From Candidatus Enterousia sp. (GTDB taxonomy: Bacteria; Pseudomonadota; Alphaproteobacteria; Rs-D84): a stretch of DNA of 64,000 nucleotides. This document shows, one piece after another, positions 9,329 through 19,709 of the stretch. Both the position numbers and the translations under genes were made by a program. Position 1 is the stretch's first letter. The number at the start of each line of letters is the position of its first letter. The stretch lies in assembly GCA_045648925.1 (NCBI GenBank), contig JAZROY010000001.1, forward strand, positions 88,618 to 152,617, in the 5' to 3' direction. The notes beneath the pieces are model-generated. The model was not told where the DNA came from. It saw only the letters and a list, made by a program, of their open reading frames with translations, and did not search any database.

Positions 9329-10966
9329 ATTCTTTGCGCTAGCAATTGATTCTGGTGTAATTTGAGCGCCACTGATTATGCGCGCAATTTCATTTATCCT
9401 ATCATCACCAATCAATTCATCCACAGTAGTTGTTGTTTTATCATTTTCACTGTGTTTTGATATTTTAAAATGTTTATCAGCAAAACCAGCAACCTGGGCA
9501 GAATGTGTTATAACCAATAATTGTTCATTGTGTGCCAGTTTATTTAATCTGTCGCCCACCGCAGAAGCAGTCGCGCCACTTATACCCGTATCCAATTCAT
9601 CAAAAACGATTGTCTTTTTATTATTCGGATTGTTAAGTACGACACGCAATGCCAACATAAAACGCGATAATTCGCCCCCAGAAGCGATTTTATTCAATGG
9701 CGCAAAAGGTGTGCCTGGATTGGTCTTAATCATAAATACAACGCTATCTGTGCCGTTTTGCGACGGGTCTGAACTTTGAATATCAACCATAAAGTCGGCA
9801 GACCCCAATTTTAAATCTGGCAATTCAGTCAAAATTTGTTTACGCAAATTATTTGCAGCGGTTTTACGCAATTCTGTTAAACTGTTCGCACATTTATTAA
9901 ATACTATTGAAAATTTATCAACATCCGCCTTGCACTTTTTTAATTCTGCATCACTGTTATCAATAGCATTTAATTCGGTTTCCATTTGCAATAATTTTTC
10001 TGGCAATTCATCTACGATGCATCTGTGTTTGCGTGCAGCCGCGCGCAAAGAAAACAATCTTTCTTCGACAGAATCAATATCATCAACATTTGTATTTTCG
10101 GGATGAATCTGTTCGCCTATTTCTGCAACAATAGCCGCTGCATCATATAATTTATCTATGTGTTCAGAATATGGGTTGGGATCTGTTTTAATTCGTTCCA
10201 AAATATGTGCAACAGAACAAATCTGTTCATCCAAAGAATTTCCATTGTTCTTTAACACTTCTATTGCGTCGGTCAAAATACCAGCATTTTTTTCAGCATC
10301 CATCATTTTTGCACGCGCATTTGCCAATTCTTCTTCTTCACCAATTTGCGGATTTAATTTGCGCAGCTCTGATACATTGTGTTCCAGAAATTCGCGCTCT
10401 GATTCCGATTTTTTCAATATTTCTGTTAATTCTTTTAACCTTTTTTGTGCAGAATAAAAATTAGAATAGGCATTTTTTGTATCACACAACGCCACCATAA
10501 AATTCGAATTAGTTAATGCAGCATATTCGTCCAAAGAAGATAAATGTGTGGTTGCATCCAAAAGCGAATGACTTTCAAATTGCCCATGAATTTCAACCAA
10601 TTCATCACCAATTTGTTTTAATGTTTTTATTGATACAGGAATGTCATTTATCCATGCCCTGCTTTTGCCATCGCGCGATAAAGTGCGTCGCAAAATCAAC
10701 CCGTCATTATAATCAATGCCGTTTTCGTCCAAGATTACTTTTGCATTATCATTTACAAAATCAAACTCGGCACTGACCGATGCCATATCGCAACCAGCCC
10801 TTATCAAGTCCGTACCAGAACGCGCACCAAGCGCCAGAGACAATGCATCCAACAAGATACTTTTACCCGCCCCGGTTTCACCGGTCATAATATTCAAACC
10901 ATCACCGAATTGTAAATTCAGTTTTTCAATTAAAACAATATTTGAAATGTTTAAACTTAATAACAT
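9314..10966 (-). CDS. recN: DNA repair protein RecN
   Basis: TGETGAGKS, ASGGELSRFML, FDELDTGISG, ITHSAQVA. Confidence 0.97.
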   Translation of the reverse strand: MLLSLNISNIVLIEKLNLQFGDGLNIMTGETGAGKSILLDALSLALGARSGTDLIRAGCDMASVSAEFDFVNDNAKVILDENGIDYNDGLILRRTLSRDGKSRAWINDIPVSIKTLKQIGDELVEIHGQFESHSLLDATTHLSSLDEYAALTNSNFMVALCDTKNAYSNFYSAQKRLKELTEILKKSESEREFLEHNVSELRKLNPQIGEEEELANARAKMMDAEKNAGILTDAIEVLKNNGNSLDEQICSVAHILERIKTDPNPYSEHIDKLYDAAAIVAEIGEQIHPENTNVDDIDSVEERLFSLRAAARKHRCIVDELPEKLLQMETELNAIDNSDAELKKCKADVDKFSIVFNKCANSLTELRKTAANNLRKQILTELPDLKLGSADFMVDIQSSDPSQNGTDSVVFMIKTNPGTPFAPLNKIASGGELSRFMLALRVVLNNPNNKKTIVFDELDTGISGATASAVGDRLNKLAHNEQLLVITHSAQVAGFADKHFKISKHSENDKTTTTVDELIGDDRINEIARIISGAQITPESIASAKNLIKF

Positions 10967-11048
10967 ACGGTGTATTATAGACAAATTATTAGTGTTTTTT
11001 CAAGAAATTTAATAGAATTATACCGCTCAAAAAAAGCGGTATATTTCA

Positions 11049-11804
11049 TTATCTAACATATTGCCATTTCATGTAATTATTGCGTCTTTCTCTGTCTTCT
11101 TTAAGACATCTAATAAGTTCTCTGGTGTTTGATATTTTAGAACGAAATTGCTCTTCGCCATTATGAAAATATATCACTTCAAAAGCCATATCTGCACTGT
11201 AGATTTTGTACCAAGAATAAAAATCTCTGGCGGATTTTATTAAAAATGCAGAATCTGGTGAAACAGAATATTTTTGTGGTTTTCCATTGATTTTTGGTAA
11301 AGGCGTAAAAAATCTATTAGATGTTTGATATGTAAAATCGTCAAAACCCATATCTTGTATAATATCAAAACACATGTTTTCAACAGCTGATTGATTTGTT
11401 TTTGTATACTTTGGATTGTCCACAACCTTTGGACCCGCCAACAAACACAATCGGGGCTCAAAAATAATCGGCTGTTGCCTGTCATCACGATCAAACCAAT
11501 TAATTTTTCTTGGGGTATTATCAAGTGTGATTTGATCATAAATCGTGATACGGTTTTCTTTTTCATCACACACGACAAGGAAATCATCAACAGAGCGTGT
11601 CTTGAAACCTTTGATTGCATTGAAATCAATAAACGGTCCAAAACAAACATTTTTGAATTTTGGTATACGTACATCTGATTTCAACCATGATAATCTATAA
11701 TCCAAGTCAGAATCATAAATAGGATAATCCCCAAAATAACCATAACTATTATTGTCATACAAATGAATTTGTGGGACATTAAAGGATTGTTCTTTCTTTG
11801 CCAT
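11049..11804 (-). CDS. Hypothetical protein (ends WQYVR)
   Basis: 251-aa ORF with its own promoter-like TTGATT-17-TATGTT; no recognised domain. Confidence 0.75.
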   Translation of the reverse strand: MAKKEQSFNVPQIHLYDNNSYGYFGDYPIYDSDLDYRLSWLKSDVRIPKFKNVCFGPFIDFNAIKGFKTRSVDDFLVVCDEKENRITIYDQITLDNTPRKINWFDRDDRQQPIIFEPRLCLLAGPKVVDNPKYTKTNQSAVENMCFDIIQDMGFDDFTYQTSNRFFTPLPKINGKPQKYSVSPDSAFLIKSARDFYSWYKIYSADMAFEVIYFHNGEEQFRSKISNTRELIRCLKEDRERRNNYMKWQYVR

Positions 11805-11894
11805 TTGATACTCTTCTTTTCTTATCTCTCAACGCCCCCCCCCACTTGGACATTAACATAGCAATAAACACACTAAAAATCAATAAAAAACAAA

Positions 11895-12341
11895 TTAAAT
11901 AATTTTGTTTAATTCCCAATCTTGTAACCACAAAATATAACTATTGATTTTATAATCTGGATACGCAGATTCCAGCAACAGCGCATATTCATTTAATTGT
12001 TGTTTATATTTTTCAATAAATTCTTCTTTGTTAATATCTGTTTTGTAATCAATAAAATCTATGGTTTTTGTATCGTGATTTATCAGCAATCGGTCAATTC
12101 TACGACTGATAAAAACATTATTAATATATCCTGCAATCGGTACTTCGGTTTTAGCATCACGCGTAAAAAATCGCTTTAATTCCGGTTTGTTTTTGATAAT
12201 TTTAACAATGTCTTCATTGCCACAATTACCAGAATCATCAACAATAACATGTTGCAAAATCGCATGCATTTGAGTTCCTTGTTTTGTTGCAAAATCTTTA
12301 TTCTTGGCACCATTTAAAAAATTTTTTAAGGTCTGTGTCAT
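11895..12341 (-). CDS. PD-(D/E)XK nuclease, AddA C-terminal domain encoded in a separate frame
   Basis: GTQMHAILQ, TEVPIAG, RIDRL, IDYKT, QLNEY; SD AAGGA before the ATG. Confidence 0.85.
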   Translation of the reverse strand: MTQTLKNFLNGAKNKDFATKQGTQMHAILQHVIVDDSGNCGNEDIVKIIKNKPELKRFFTRDAKTEVPIAGYINNVFISRRIDRLLINHDTKTIDFIDYKTDINKEEFIEKYKQQLNEYALLLESAYPDYKINSYILWLQDWELNKII

Positions 12342-14934
12342 TTGTAATCCTTATTGTGTTTTCATCAACAAACAATTCTTTGGCAGAACCAAAAACATTC
12401 CATAATTGTTTATGCCATACCATTTCAGGCGCCCTATCCATTTCACATCCATATATGTACAATTCATCTTTTGCGCGCGTCATTGCAACATAAAGCAATC
12501 GATAATATTCGGCAATTTCATCTTGGGTGCTTTTATCCACTATTGATTCCAGAATCGCGGAGTTTCCAGTTTTCCAAAGCCATAAATCATAATTTTTATT
12601 ATTGTGCAAATGGTTGATATTTAATATTTGATTCGGCTTTGGAAATGTTAGAGTATCTATTAAAAACACTATTTTTGAATCAAGCCCTTTGCTGCCATGC
12701 ACCGTCATTATACGCACACCTGTGGAGGCGTCCATATCGCGTTTAATTTCACTGTCACCCGTTATAAACCATTTCAAAAAATGATAAAGTGTTCCAGATT
12801 GTGTTCTTTCATATGCTAAACACATTGTCATAAATTCTTCCAATGGATCAATAACATGTTTCCCAAGCGCAGAAATAATTTTTTCCCTGTTGTTATTTTT
12901 GTTTAAAACATATGTAAAAAATGAATAAGGTGCCAATTTTTTTGATTGGTCTATAATGTCTAATAAATCTTTGTAAATATCTGGATATAAATCATGCAAA
13001 ACATCAAATACAGTCAATGTTTTATCAGAATTTTTAATTTTACACAATTCAAAAATATCGCGTTCTTTCAATCTATAAATCGGACTTTTTAACACACAAC
13101 ACAAACTATAATCGTCTACAGTATCAATACAAAACCGTGTTAAATACAGCATGTCTTTTATGGCGGAAAATTCTGGCAGTTTTATTCTGTCATTACCCGC
13201 AATATCTATTCCGCGTTTCTTTAACGCAGTTGATAACAAATCAACAAAGGCGCCACGTTTTTGAACCAAGACCATTATATCTTTTGGGCTAATATCTTTT
13301 GTTTTTAACAAATATTCAATTTTATCAGCCAACATATTTACATAAAGTTTATTTTTTGTCGTTCCGGTTTCATCGCATTTAAAAGTATCGTGTATTTCAA
13401 CAATTCCCGGCACATCAATTCTGTGACATTTGTGTTTATTATTATAAAAACCAGTAGCATTAACAACATCTGGACAGTCAAAAAAACAATCCACCGTATC
13501 CAAAATCGGCTTTGTTGAACGAAAACTTTGGTCTAGTGAAACTTCTTTTATCGTCCGGTAATTATGTTTTATTTGTTCGGCTATTGCCTGACGGCTGGCC
13601 GCAAATGCGCGCGGATCCGCGTTTTGAAAACCGTATATAGATTGTTTTGTATCGCCAACAACAAATATTGAACGATTGTTTTTTGTATCACCATCGGTAA
13701 AAAAATCACCAGATAAATTGCGTAAAATATTCCATTGCTGGGGACTTGTGTCTTGTGCTTCGTCAACCAAAATATGTGACAAAGAAACATCCAATTGCGA
13801 CAACACCCAACCCATAACATCTGGTTTTTCAAAAAGTTTTTGCGTGTATAAAATTAAATCTTCAAAATCAAGCACACTATGTTCTTGTTTGATTGTTTTG
13901 TATGTGTTCGCAAAATCCATTGCCAAATCAAATAAAGCAACAGTGTTTTGAAATATTTTTTTGTTCAATAAATGCTGTTGTATATTATACACACGATTGG
14001 CTTCGACAGAAAATATATCATCTTTAAAAAACTTTTTATCTACACTGTTTTGTTTGGTCAAATATAAATCTTTGTATTTTTCAAAATCTACCGTTTTATC
14101 AATGTATTGTTGTGTAATGTTGATAATATTTAATACATATTGTGCCGGCTTTTTTGATTCTTTTTCAATTTGTTTAGCATATTCAATAATTGACGATAAA
14201 TGCTCATAATTTAAAGATAAATCTATTGGATGAGCGATATCCAAAATACTTTGTATTGTATTAATAAAATATTCGCGATATTTGTTCACATCTTTAACCA
14301 AGAAAAAAGCACGATAATGTCCAATCAGTAATTCACGCAAATCATTTAAAAAATATTCAGATTTTAATTTTATAATCTGGTTAAAAGCATCAAGTGTATT
14401 TGACGGGGTATTCCCAGAATTTTTTATCATGCGATTAAATGCCGCATCTAACAAAACAGTTTGAGCCGAACCAGATACAAGTGCCCAAGTGGGTGAAAAT
14501 CCTGCTTCCAATGGGAATCTGTGTAAAATTTCTTCACAGAAACCATGTATTGTTTTTATTTTTAACATATCTGGATTATCAATATATGTATAAAAAATCT
14601 TGCGAGCCAAAGCCAAATCTTTTTCTGTTGGCACACTGTTTTCAACCACAGATTCCAGTAATTCTGACAGTTTTTTATCATTCGCAGTTGCCCATTCGTG
14701 AAGTTCTTTTAAAATACGGTCCCGCATTTCACCCGCGGCGGCATTTGTATAAGTTAAACACAAAACACCAGATGTATCGTTTTTGTTATAAAGAGCATCT
14801 CGAAATAATATGCGCAGCAACCGTAGCACCAAAACCTTGGTCTTTCCAGTACCTGCGTTAGCCTGAACCCAAATGTTTTCAGATGGATTCGAAGCTGCCA
14901 GTTGTGCATCAGAAAATTCTTCTTTTTGTTTCAT
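12298..14934 (-). CDS. addA: AddA-type UvrD/RecB helicase (nuclease domain detached)
   Basis: ANAGTGKT, TIHGFC, LVDEAQDT, VGDTKQSIYGFQ, MTVHGSKGL, RLLYVAMTRAKD. Confidence 0.9.
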   Translation of the reverse strand: MKQKEEFSDAQLAASNPSENIWVQANAGTGKTKVLVLRLLRILFRDALYNKNDTSGVLCLTYTNAAAGEMRDRILKELHEWATANDKKLSELLESVVENSVPTEKDLALARKIFYTYIDNPDMLKIKTIHGFCEEILHRFPLEAGFSPTWALVSGSAQTVLLDAAFNRMIKNSGNTPSNTLDAFNQIIKLKSEYFLNDLRELLIGHYRAFFLVKDVNKYREYFINTIQSILDIAHPIDLSLNYEHLSSIIEYAKQIEKESKKPAQYVLNIINITQQYIDKTVDFEKYKDLYLTKQNSVDKKFFKDDIFSVEANRVYNIQQHLLNKKIFQNTVALFDLAMDFANTYKTIKQEHSVLDFEDLILYTQKLFEKPDVMGWVLSQLDVSLSHILVDEAQDTSPQQWNILRNLSGDFFTDGDTKNNRSIFVVGDTKQSIYGFQNADPRAFAASRQAIAEQIKHNYRTIKEVSLDQSFRSTKPILDTVDCFFDCPDVVNATGFYNNKHKCHRIDVPGIVEIHDTFKCDETGTTKNKLYVNMLADKIEYLLKTKDISPKDIMVLVQKRGAFVDLLSTALKKRGIDIAGNDRIKLPEFSAIKDMLYLTRFCIDTVDDYSLCCVLKSPIYRLKERDIFELCKIKNSDKTLTVFDVLHDLYPDIYKDLLDIIDQSKKLAPYSFFTYVLNKNNNREKIISALGKHVIDPLEEFMTMCLAYERTQSGTLYHFLKWFITGDSEIKRDMDASTGVRIMTVHGSKGLDSKIVFLIDTLTFPKPNQILNINHLHNNKNYDLWLWKTGNSAILESIVDKSTQDEIAEYYRLLYVAMTRAKDELYIYGCEMDRAPEMVWHKQLWNVFGSAKELFVDENTIRITNDTDLKKFFKWCQE

Positions 14935-15014
14935 TTATACTCTTGCTTTATCAAAAAGATTTTAGTATAAATTCTCCTATAGTTCAAGGAAGTTATTTTT
15001 TAGGGAGAAAAATT

Positions 15015-16934
15015 ATGAATCAAGTATTGATTATCACCGCTTTGTCATTAGGGATTTTGTTGTTTATAAATTTAATTTGCTTGTTTTTTATTTCACGCAA
15101 ATCTCAACGGGTTATGCAATCTCTCTTGGAAATAATGACACATCCAGAAAACGCAAAAATTCAAGATGCATCTCGTGTTTTACAAACAATATTAAAAGAT
15201 GAAATTAATAAGATAGACGATAATTTCAAAAATATGGCAAATGCTCTACAAAACCAGATTACACACACAGAAGAAATTAAAAAGAATCTTGGGGAACAAA
15301 ACGATAGAATGGTCGCAACCGCAGATGAAGCGGTTAAAAAGATTGCCACAATGTCCCAGCGTCTTGATAATACCGTAGAAGGTCTTGGTGACATAGTGAC
15401 ATCGGCGGGATGGACCGATGTGCAACACAGTGTTGATAACTTTTCTGCCACAACAGAAAGTTTATTAAACAGAATATCTGCAACAACAACAACAACAACT
15501 GAATATTCTACAAAATTACAGGAACAAATCGCACAATCTTTGGATACAGAACGCCAAATTAGCGAGCAATTACAATCAACATTCGCCACAAACAGTGAAA
15601 ACATGGAAAAATTAACTACCACTGCGGGGGCATTACAGCAACAATTAACAGACCTGGAAACCAGTGTAACCAATGGTTTTGAAAGTGTGACAAAATCATC
15701 TGCTACATATGGTGAAAACATGCATCAAAACGATAAATTATTAAGTGATTACCTAACAAAACTGGCAGAATTCACAAAACATGCCAACAAAGAATTAACT
15801 CGTCAGGTTAATACTATGACAGAAACTGCTAATGTAGTCGGGGCAAATATAAGATTGGCAGAAACATCTATTGATAAACAATTACGAAAATTGGAAACTG
15901 CAATCGAAGCGTTAAACAATTCTACAACAAACACCACAACATCTGTTCGCGGAATTACAAATGAACTGGCGGGATTAACCAATCGGTTTGATAATGAAAT
16001 TCACGATTTTTCAACAGGCGTGGTCAAAGAAATCAAAGATGTATCTGGTGTTGCCAATGAGACATTAGAAAATACAAAATCAGCAGCAATGGAATTTGCT
16101 AATTCTGTAAAAACAATGGGTATCGGTGTTCGTGAAACATTGATAGAAATGAACAAAGCCCACACTCAACTGGCTGGTCAATCTGAAAACCTTATCAAAA
16201 TGTCTACGGAAACAACCGAGCAGTTAAAACCATTGTCTGAATTGATTGAAAAATACTATGTTGCCCTGCCCGATTTATCTGCTGGGTCACGAGATATGAG
16301 TGAAAATTTGAATCAAATCGTTAACACCTTGGTTGACAAGATTAATGTTATGAAGACAACGATTGCAGAATCTTTGGAAAACATAAATGATTCTTCTGTT
16401 CAATTGTCTGATATTGCTGGTCAATCGCGTCAACAAATGATTGATTTAATGTCTGATTATGCCAAGGCGGTTGATGCGATGCAAAGTTTGAACAAGCAAA
16501 TGATGGTTGCGCGTGCTTCTGCACCAATGGATGCGATTAAGGTTACACCTGCAACTTCCTATAAACCAATCAGCACCAAAGATTTTCTTAACCAGACAGA
16601 CAAATTATTTGAAAAATTGTATGAACAATCTGTGGATTTAACACGTGCTTCGGGGGCCACTATACCGGATGTTGTGTGGAAAAAATATAATGATGGTGAT
16701 AGTAAAATTTTTGCCAAATGGCTCGTAAAAATGTTTAATGCCAGCGACAAAAAGCAAATTCGTGATATGTTAAAGTCCGATAAAGTATTTAACTCCCAGG
16801 CGACCCAATTCATTCGCAATTTTGAAAAAATATTAAAGAGTGCAGAACAAACAAATGATTCCGATAAAGTAAAAGCAACATTACTTAAAACCGATTTGGG
16901 TATTATATACACAACAATAAGCAAAAATGTATAA
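15015..16934 (+). CDS. Membrane-anchored coiled-coil protein, TipN/GPR-like
   Basis: N-terminal TM, about 500 aa of heptad-rich helix, C-terminal WKKYNDGD...F...FEKIL...LLKTDLG.IY block; SD GGGAG. Confidence 0.65.
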   Translation: MNQVLIITALSLGILLFINLICLFFISRKSQRVMQSLLEIMTHPENAKIQDASRVLQTILKDEINKIDDNFKNMANALQNQITHTEEIKKNLGEQNDRMVATADEAVKKIATMSQRLDNTVEGLGDIVTSAGWTDVQHSVDNFSATTESLLNRISATTTTTTEYSTKLQEQIAQSLDTERQISEQLQSTFATNSENMEKLTTTAGALQQQLTDLETSVTNGFESVTKSSATYGENMHQNDKLLSDYLTKLAEFTKHANKELTRQVNTMTETANVVGANIRLAETSIDKQLRKLETAIEALNNSTTNTTTSVRGITNELAGLTNRFDNEIHDFSTGVVKEIKDVSGVANETLENTKSAAMEFANSVKTMGIGVRETLIEMNKAHTQLAGQSENLIKMSTETTEQLKPLSELIEKYYVALPDLSAGSRDMSENLNQIVNTLVDKINVMKTTIAESLENINDSSVQLSDIAGQSRQQMIDLMSDYAKAVDAMQSLNKQMMVARASAPMDAIKVTPATSYKPISTKDFLNQTDKLFEKLYEQSVDLTRASGATIPDVVWKKYNDGDSKIFAKWLVKMFNASDKKQIRDMLKSDKVFNSQATQFIRNFEKILKSAEQTNDSDKVKATLLKTDLGIIYTTISKNV

Positions 16935-16938
16935 AACA

Positions 16939-16963
16939 AAAACGCCTTTTTTAAAAGGCGTTA
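16939..16963. terminator. Bidirectional intrinsic terminator
   Basis: AACGCCTTTT-TT-AAAAGGCGTT between convergent genes. Confidence 0.65.
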
Positions 16964-17581
16964 TTTTGTTTGCGAATAAATTTCATTAAGGAGATACGAT
17001 AAACAAGTTTTTTTATCTTGTTTATATATTTCATAACCTTCGGGCAGTATTCTTTTTATGCTAAAATCCGGTCGCAGATGTGCGTTTTTAAAATCTTTGC
17101 TGTCACAAGTATTGTCTTTGCGAACCAGCATGTCATTTGGCATATTTTGACGTAAAACGACAATATCTTGGCTGTTAACAAATGGTTTGAACCACAAAAT
17201 TTTGAAATTATAGTATTTGTTTAAATTTTTATTTTTGAACCAATCTATCATTTGACGAACATAACGCGGTTGAATGACATCGTATGTAAAATTAGCACCC
17301 AAATGGTCAAAAACTTCAAATTCTGGCACACCATAAAGCCATTTTGGTTGACCAGGTTTCCAAAATTGTTCATTAACAAATAATTTTGTTGCGAATTTTT
17401 CGTGTTCAAAATATTCTTCGTCACGAAAATAATATTCACGGCCATCCTGTTCCCCATCACGCATAGGACGCGTCGTAGCAGATTTAAGATTATAAAAAGC
17501 ATTTTTAGGTAAAATATTTTTTATAAAATAAGATTTTCCACTGCCCGACTCTCCAGTGCAGAACAATACTGTTTTTTTCAT
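16961..17581 (-). CDS. Guanylate kinase-like P-loop protein
   Basis: GESGSGKS, SATTRPMRDGEQDGREYYF, LYG; C-terminal half diverged. Confidence 0.75.
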   Translation of the reverse strand: MKKTVLFCTGESGSGKSYFIKNILPKNAFYNLKSATTRPMRDGEQDGREYYFRDEEYFEHEKFATKLFVNEQFWKPGQPKWLYGVPEFEVFDHLGANFTYDVIQPRYVRQMIDWFKNKNLNKYYNFKILWFKPFVNSQDIVVLRQNMPNDMLVRKDNTCDSKDFKNAHLRPDFSIKRILPEGYEIYKQDKKTCLSYLLNEIYSQTK

Positions 17582-17582
17582 T

Positions 17583-19667
17583 TTAATCTTCCAAGAAACT
17601 GCGTAATTTGCGTGCACGCGTTGGATGTTTCAATTTGTTAAGCGCTTTTTGTTCAATCTGACGAATACGTTCACGGGTTACACCGATATATTCACCAACT
17701 TCTTCCAAAGTGCTGGTTTTATTGGTCGACATACCAAATCTTTGACGCAAGACCGTTTCTTCTTTTGGGTCCAATTCAGATAAAATTTGTGTAACAATTT
17801 TTCGTAAATTCTTTTGTGCAGCCGATGTAAATGGATTTTTTGCTGTCTCATCGGCGATAATTTCACTGCGTGAACTGTCGTCTTCTGTCCCAACTGGCGC
17901 ATCCAAAGACATTGGTTTAAGGTTCACTTTTAATGCCTTGTGAATCTTTTCAACTGGCAAATAAATAATCTTTGATAATTCTTCGGCAGTTGGTTGACGA
18001 CCATATTTGTGCATAAATTGACGCGAAGCGCGTTGAATTTTATGTATATTATCAATCATATGCACAGGGATACGAATTGTGCGCGCTTGGTCAGCAATAC
18101 TGCGTGAAATACCCTGTTGAATCCAGTTTGTTGCGTATGTAGAAAATTTATTACCCAGGCGATAATCAAATTTATCAACCGCCTTCATCAAGCCAATATT
18201 TCCATCTTGAACCAAGTCAGAAAAGTCCAGCCCCAGACCACGATTACTTGATTTCTTGGCAAATTTTATAACAAGACGCAAATTGGCTTCTATCATTTCG
18301 CGTTTTGCGCGCGCCGCTTCTGCCTGTCCGCGACGAACCAATTCCACAACCTTTTTATATTCAGATGTTGGTTGACCTGTTTCTTTGGCTATGGCTGTGA
18401 TATCTTCTTGGATTTTAAGGACATCTGCCTGGTGTTTAGTGGCAAAGTTCTGCCATGCAGCACTTTTGTTTTTTGCCAATTTTTTAACCCAATTACGGTT
18501 TAACTCATTTCCAACATATTCAGCCAAAAATTCTTCGCGTTTAACCTTGCAAGATAATGCCAGGCGCAACATTTTGCCCTCTAGTCCCATCAACAATTGA
18601 TCGCGCTTAGTCAATTTTTCCATAATTTCTGCGATTCTGTCGTCATTAAGGCGGATTTTGCCGACATATTCAAATAATTCAAGACGCAATTTATTGTATT
18701 TCTTTTCCAATACTTCATCAGGTTTAGAAGAAACCAACAAATTAGCAAGGCGCTTTTCTTGTAACTTCTGCATAGTGGAAAAGACGCGTTTAATCTTGGT
18801 GAATAATTCGGTAATCATCGGCATCAAAGAATCTTCCATCACAGGAATTGGAACCCCGGAAGATCCGCGCTGTCCATCTTCTTTTTTGTCGTCTTCGTCA
18901 TCCATATCATCATCTTCATCGTCATCATCAGATACAGATTCTTCCAAAGCATCCAAATCATCATCATCCAAATCGTCAACCTGGTCAACCCCTTTGGATT
19001 TCAATGTATCCGTCAAAGCAGCCAATGATTTCTGTTCAGATTCACTGGAATACATAACCTCTAAATTAACGATGTGACGCAGACGAATATCACCATTTAA
19101 CAATTGTTGATACCAATCAAGCATGGCCCGAATTGTCATCGGACTTTCGCAAAGGCCATAAACCATCAATCTGGACGCAGCTTCAATGCGTTGTGCAATG
19201 GCGATTTCCCCAGCGGCAGTTAATAATTGTACTGTCCCAATTTGTTTTAAATAAGATTGTATTGAATCTTGTATCCCCAAAACCAGATTGCCAGTGGCAC
19301 TGCGTTCTAGTTGTTTGGCATAATGTTCATAATCTTCATCGCTGACATCAACCTGTTCTGCATCAGCATTTAATAAATCGCGGGTTTTATCACGAGAATA
19401 ACTGTCTTCATCTTCTTCGTAATATTTTTCCATATCCCTTGTAAATCTGTTGCTGTCTGTTTCCAGAACTTCCAGTCCCAAATCTTGCTTAAAGAAATCA
19501 ACGACTTCATCTTGTTCTTCGTCCGGAACTTCGTCTGATTGGAACGCGTTATCAAGATCCATCTGGGAAAGATAGCCAACTTCGCATGAAGATAACGCTA
19601 ATTCTTTCAAACTTTCCGGCAGAGAATCTATCAATAATCTTGTTGCTTCATCTAGTTTTTTAGCCAT
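17583..19667 (-). CDS. rpoD: RNA polymerase primary sigma factor
   Basis: Region 1.1, acidic non-conserved region, ANLRLV, GNIGLMKAVDKFDY, QARTIRIPVHM, TLEEVG...VTRERIRQIE. Confidence 0.95.
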   Translation of the reverse strand: MAKKLDEATRLLIDSLPESLKELALSSCEVGYLSQMDLDNAFQSDEVPDEEQDEVVDFFKQDLGLEVLETDSNRFTRDMEKYYEEDEDSYSRDKTRDLLNADAEQVDVSDEDYEHYAKQLERSATGNLVLGIQDSIQSYLKQIGTVQLLTAAGEIAIAQRIEAASRLMVYGLCESPMTIRAMLDWYQQLLNGDIRLRHIVNLEVMYSSESEQKSLAALTDTLKSKGVDQVDDLDDDDLDALEESVSDDDDEDDDMDDEDDKKEDGQRGSSGVPIPVMEDSLMPMITELFTKIKRVFSTMQKLQEKRLANLLVSSKPDEVLEKKYNKLRLELFEYVGKIRLNDDRIAEIMEKLTKRDQLLMGLEGKMLRLALSCKVKREEFLAEYVGNELNRNWVKKLAKNKSAAWQNFATKHQADVLKIQEDITAIAKETGQPTSEYKKVVELVRRGQAEAARAKREMIEANLRLVIKFAKKSSNRGLGLDFSDLVQDGNIGLMKAVDKFDYRLGNKFSTYATNWIQQGISRSIADQARTIRIPVHMIDNIHKIQRASRQFMHKYGRQPTAEELSKIIYLPVEKIHKALKVNLKPMSLDAPVGTEDDSSRSEIIADETAKNPFTSAAQKNLRKIVTQILSELDPKEETVLRQRFGMSTNKTSTLEEVGEYIGVTRERIRQIEQKALNKLKHPTRARKLRSFLED

Positions 19668-19709
19668 GAAAAAACCTTTGATTTATTTAGGGGTAAAACA
19701 TTAAATGTA

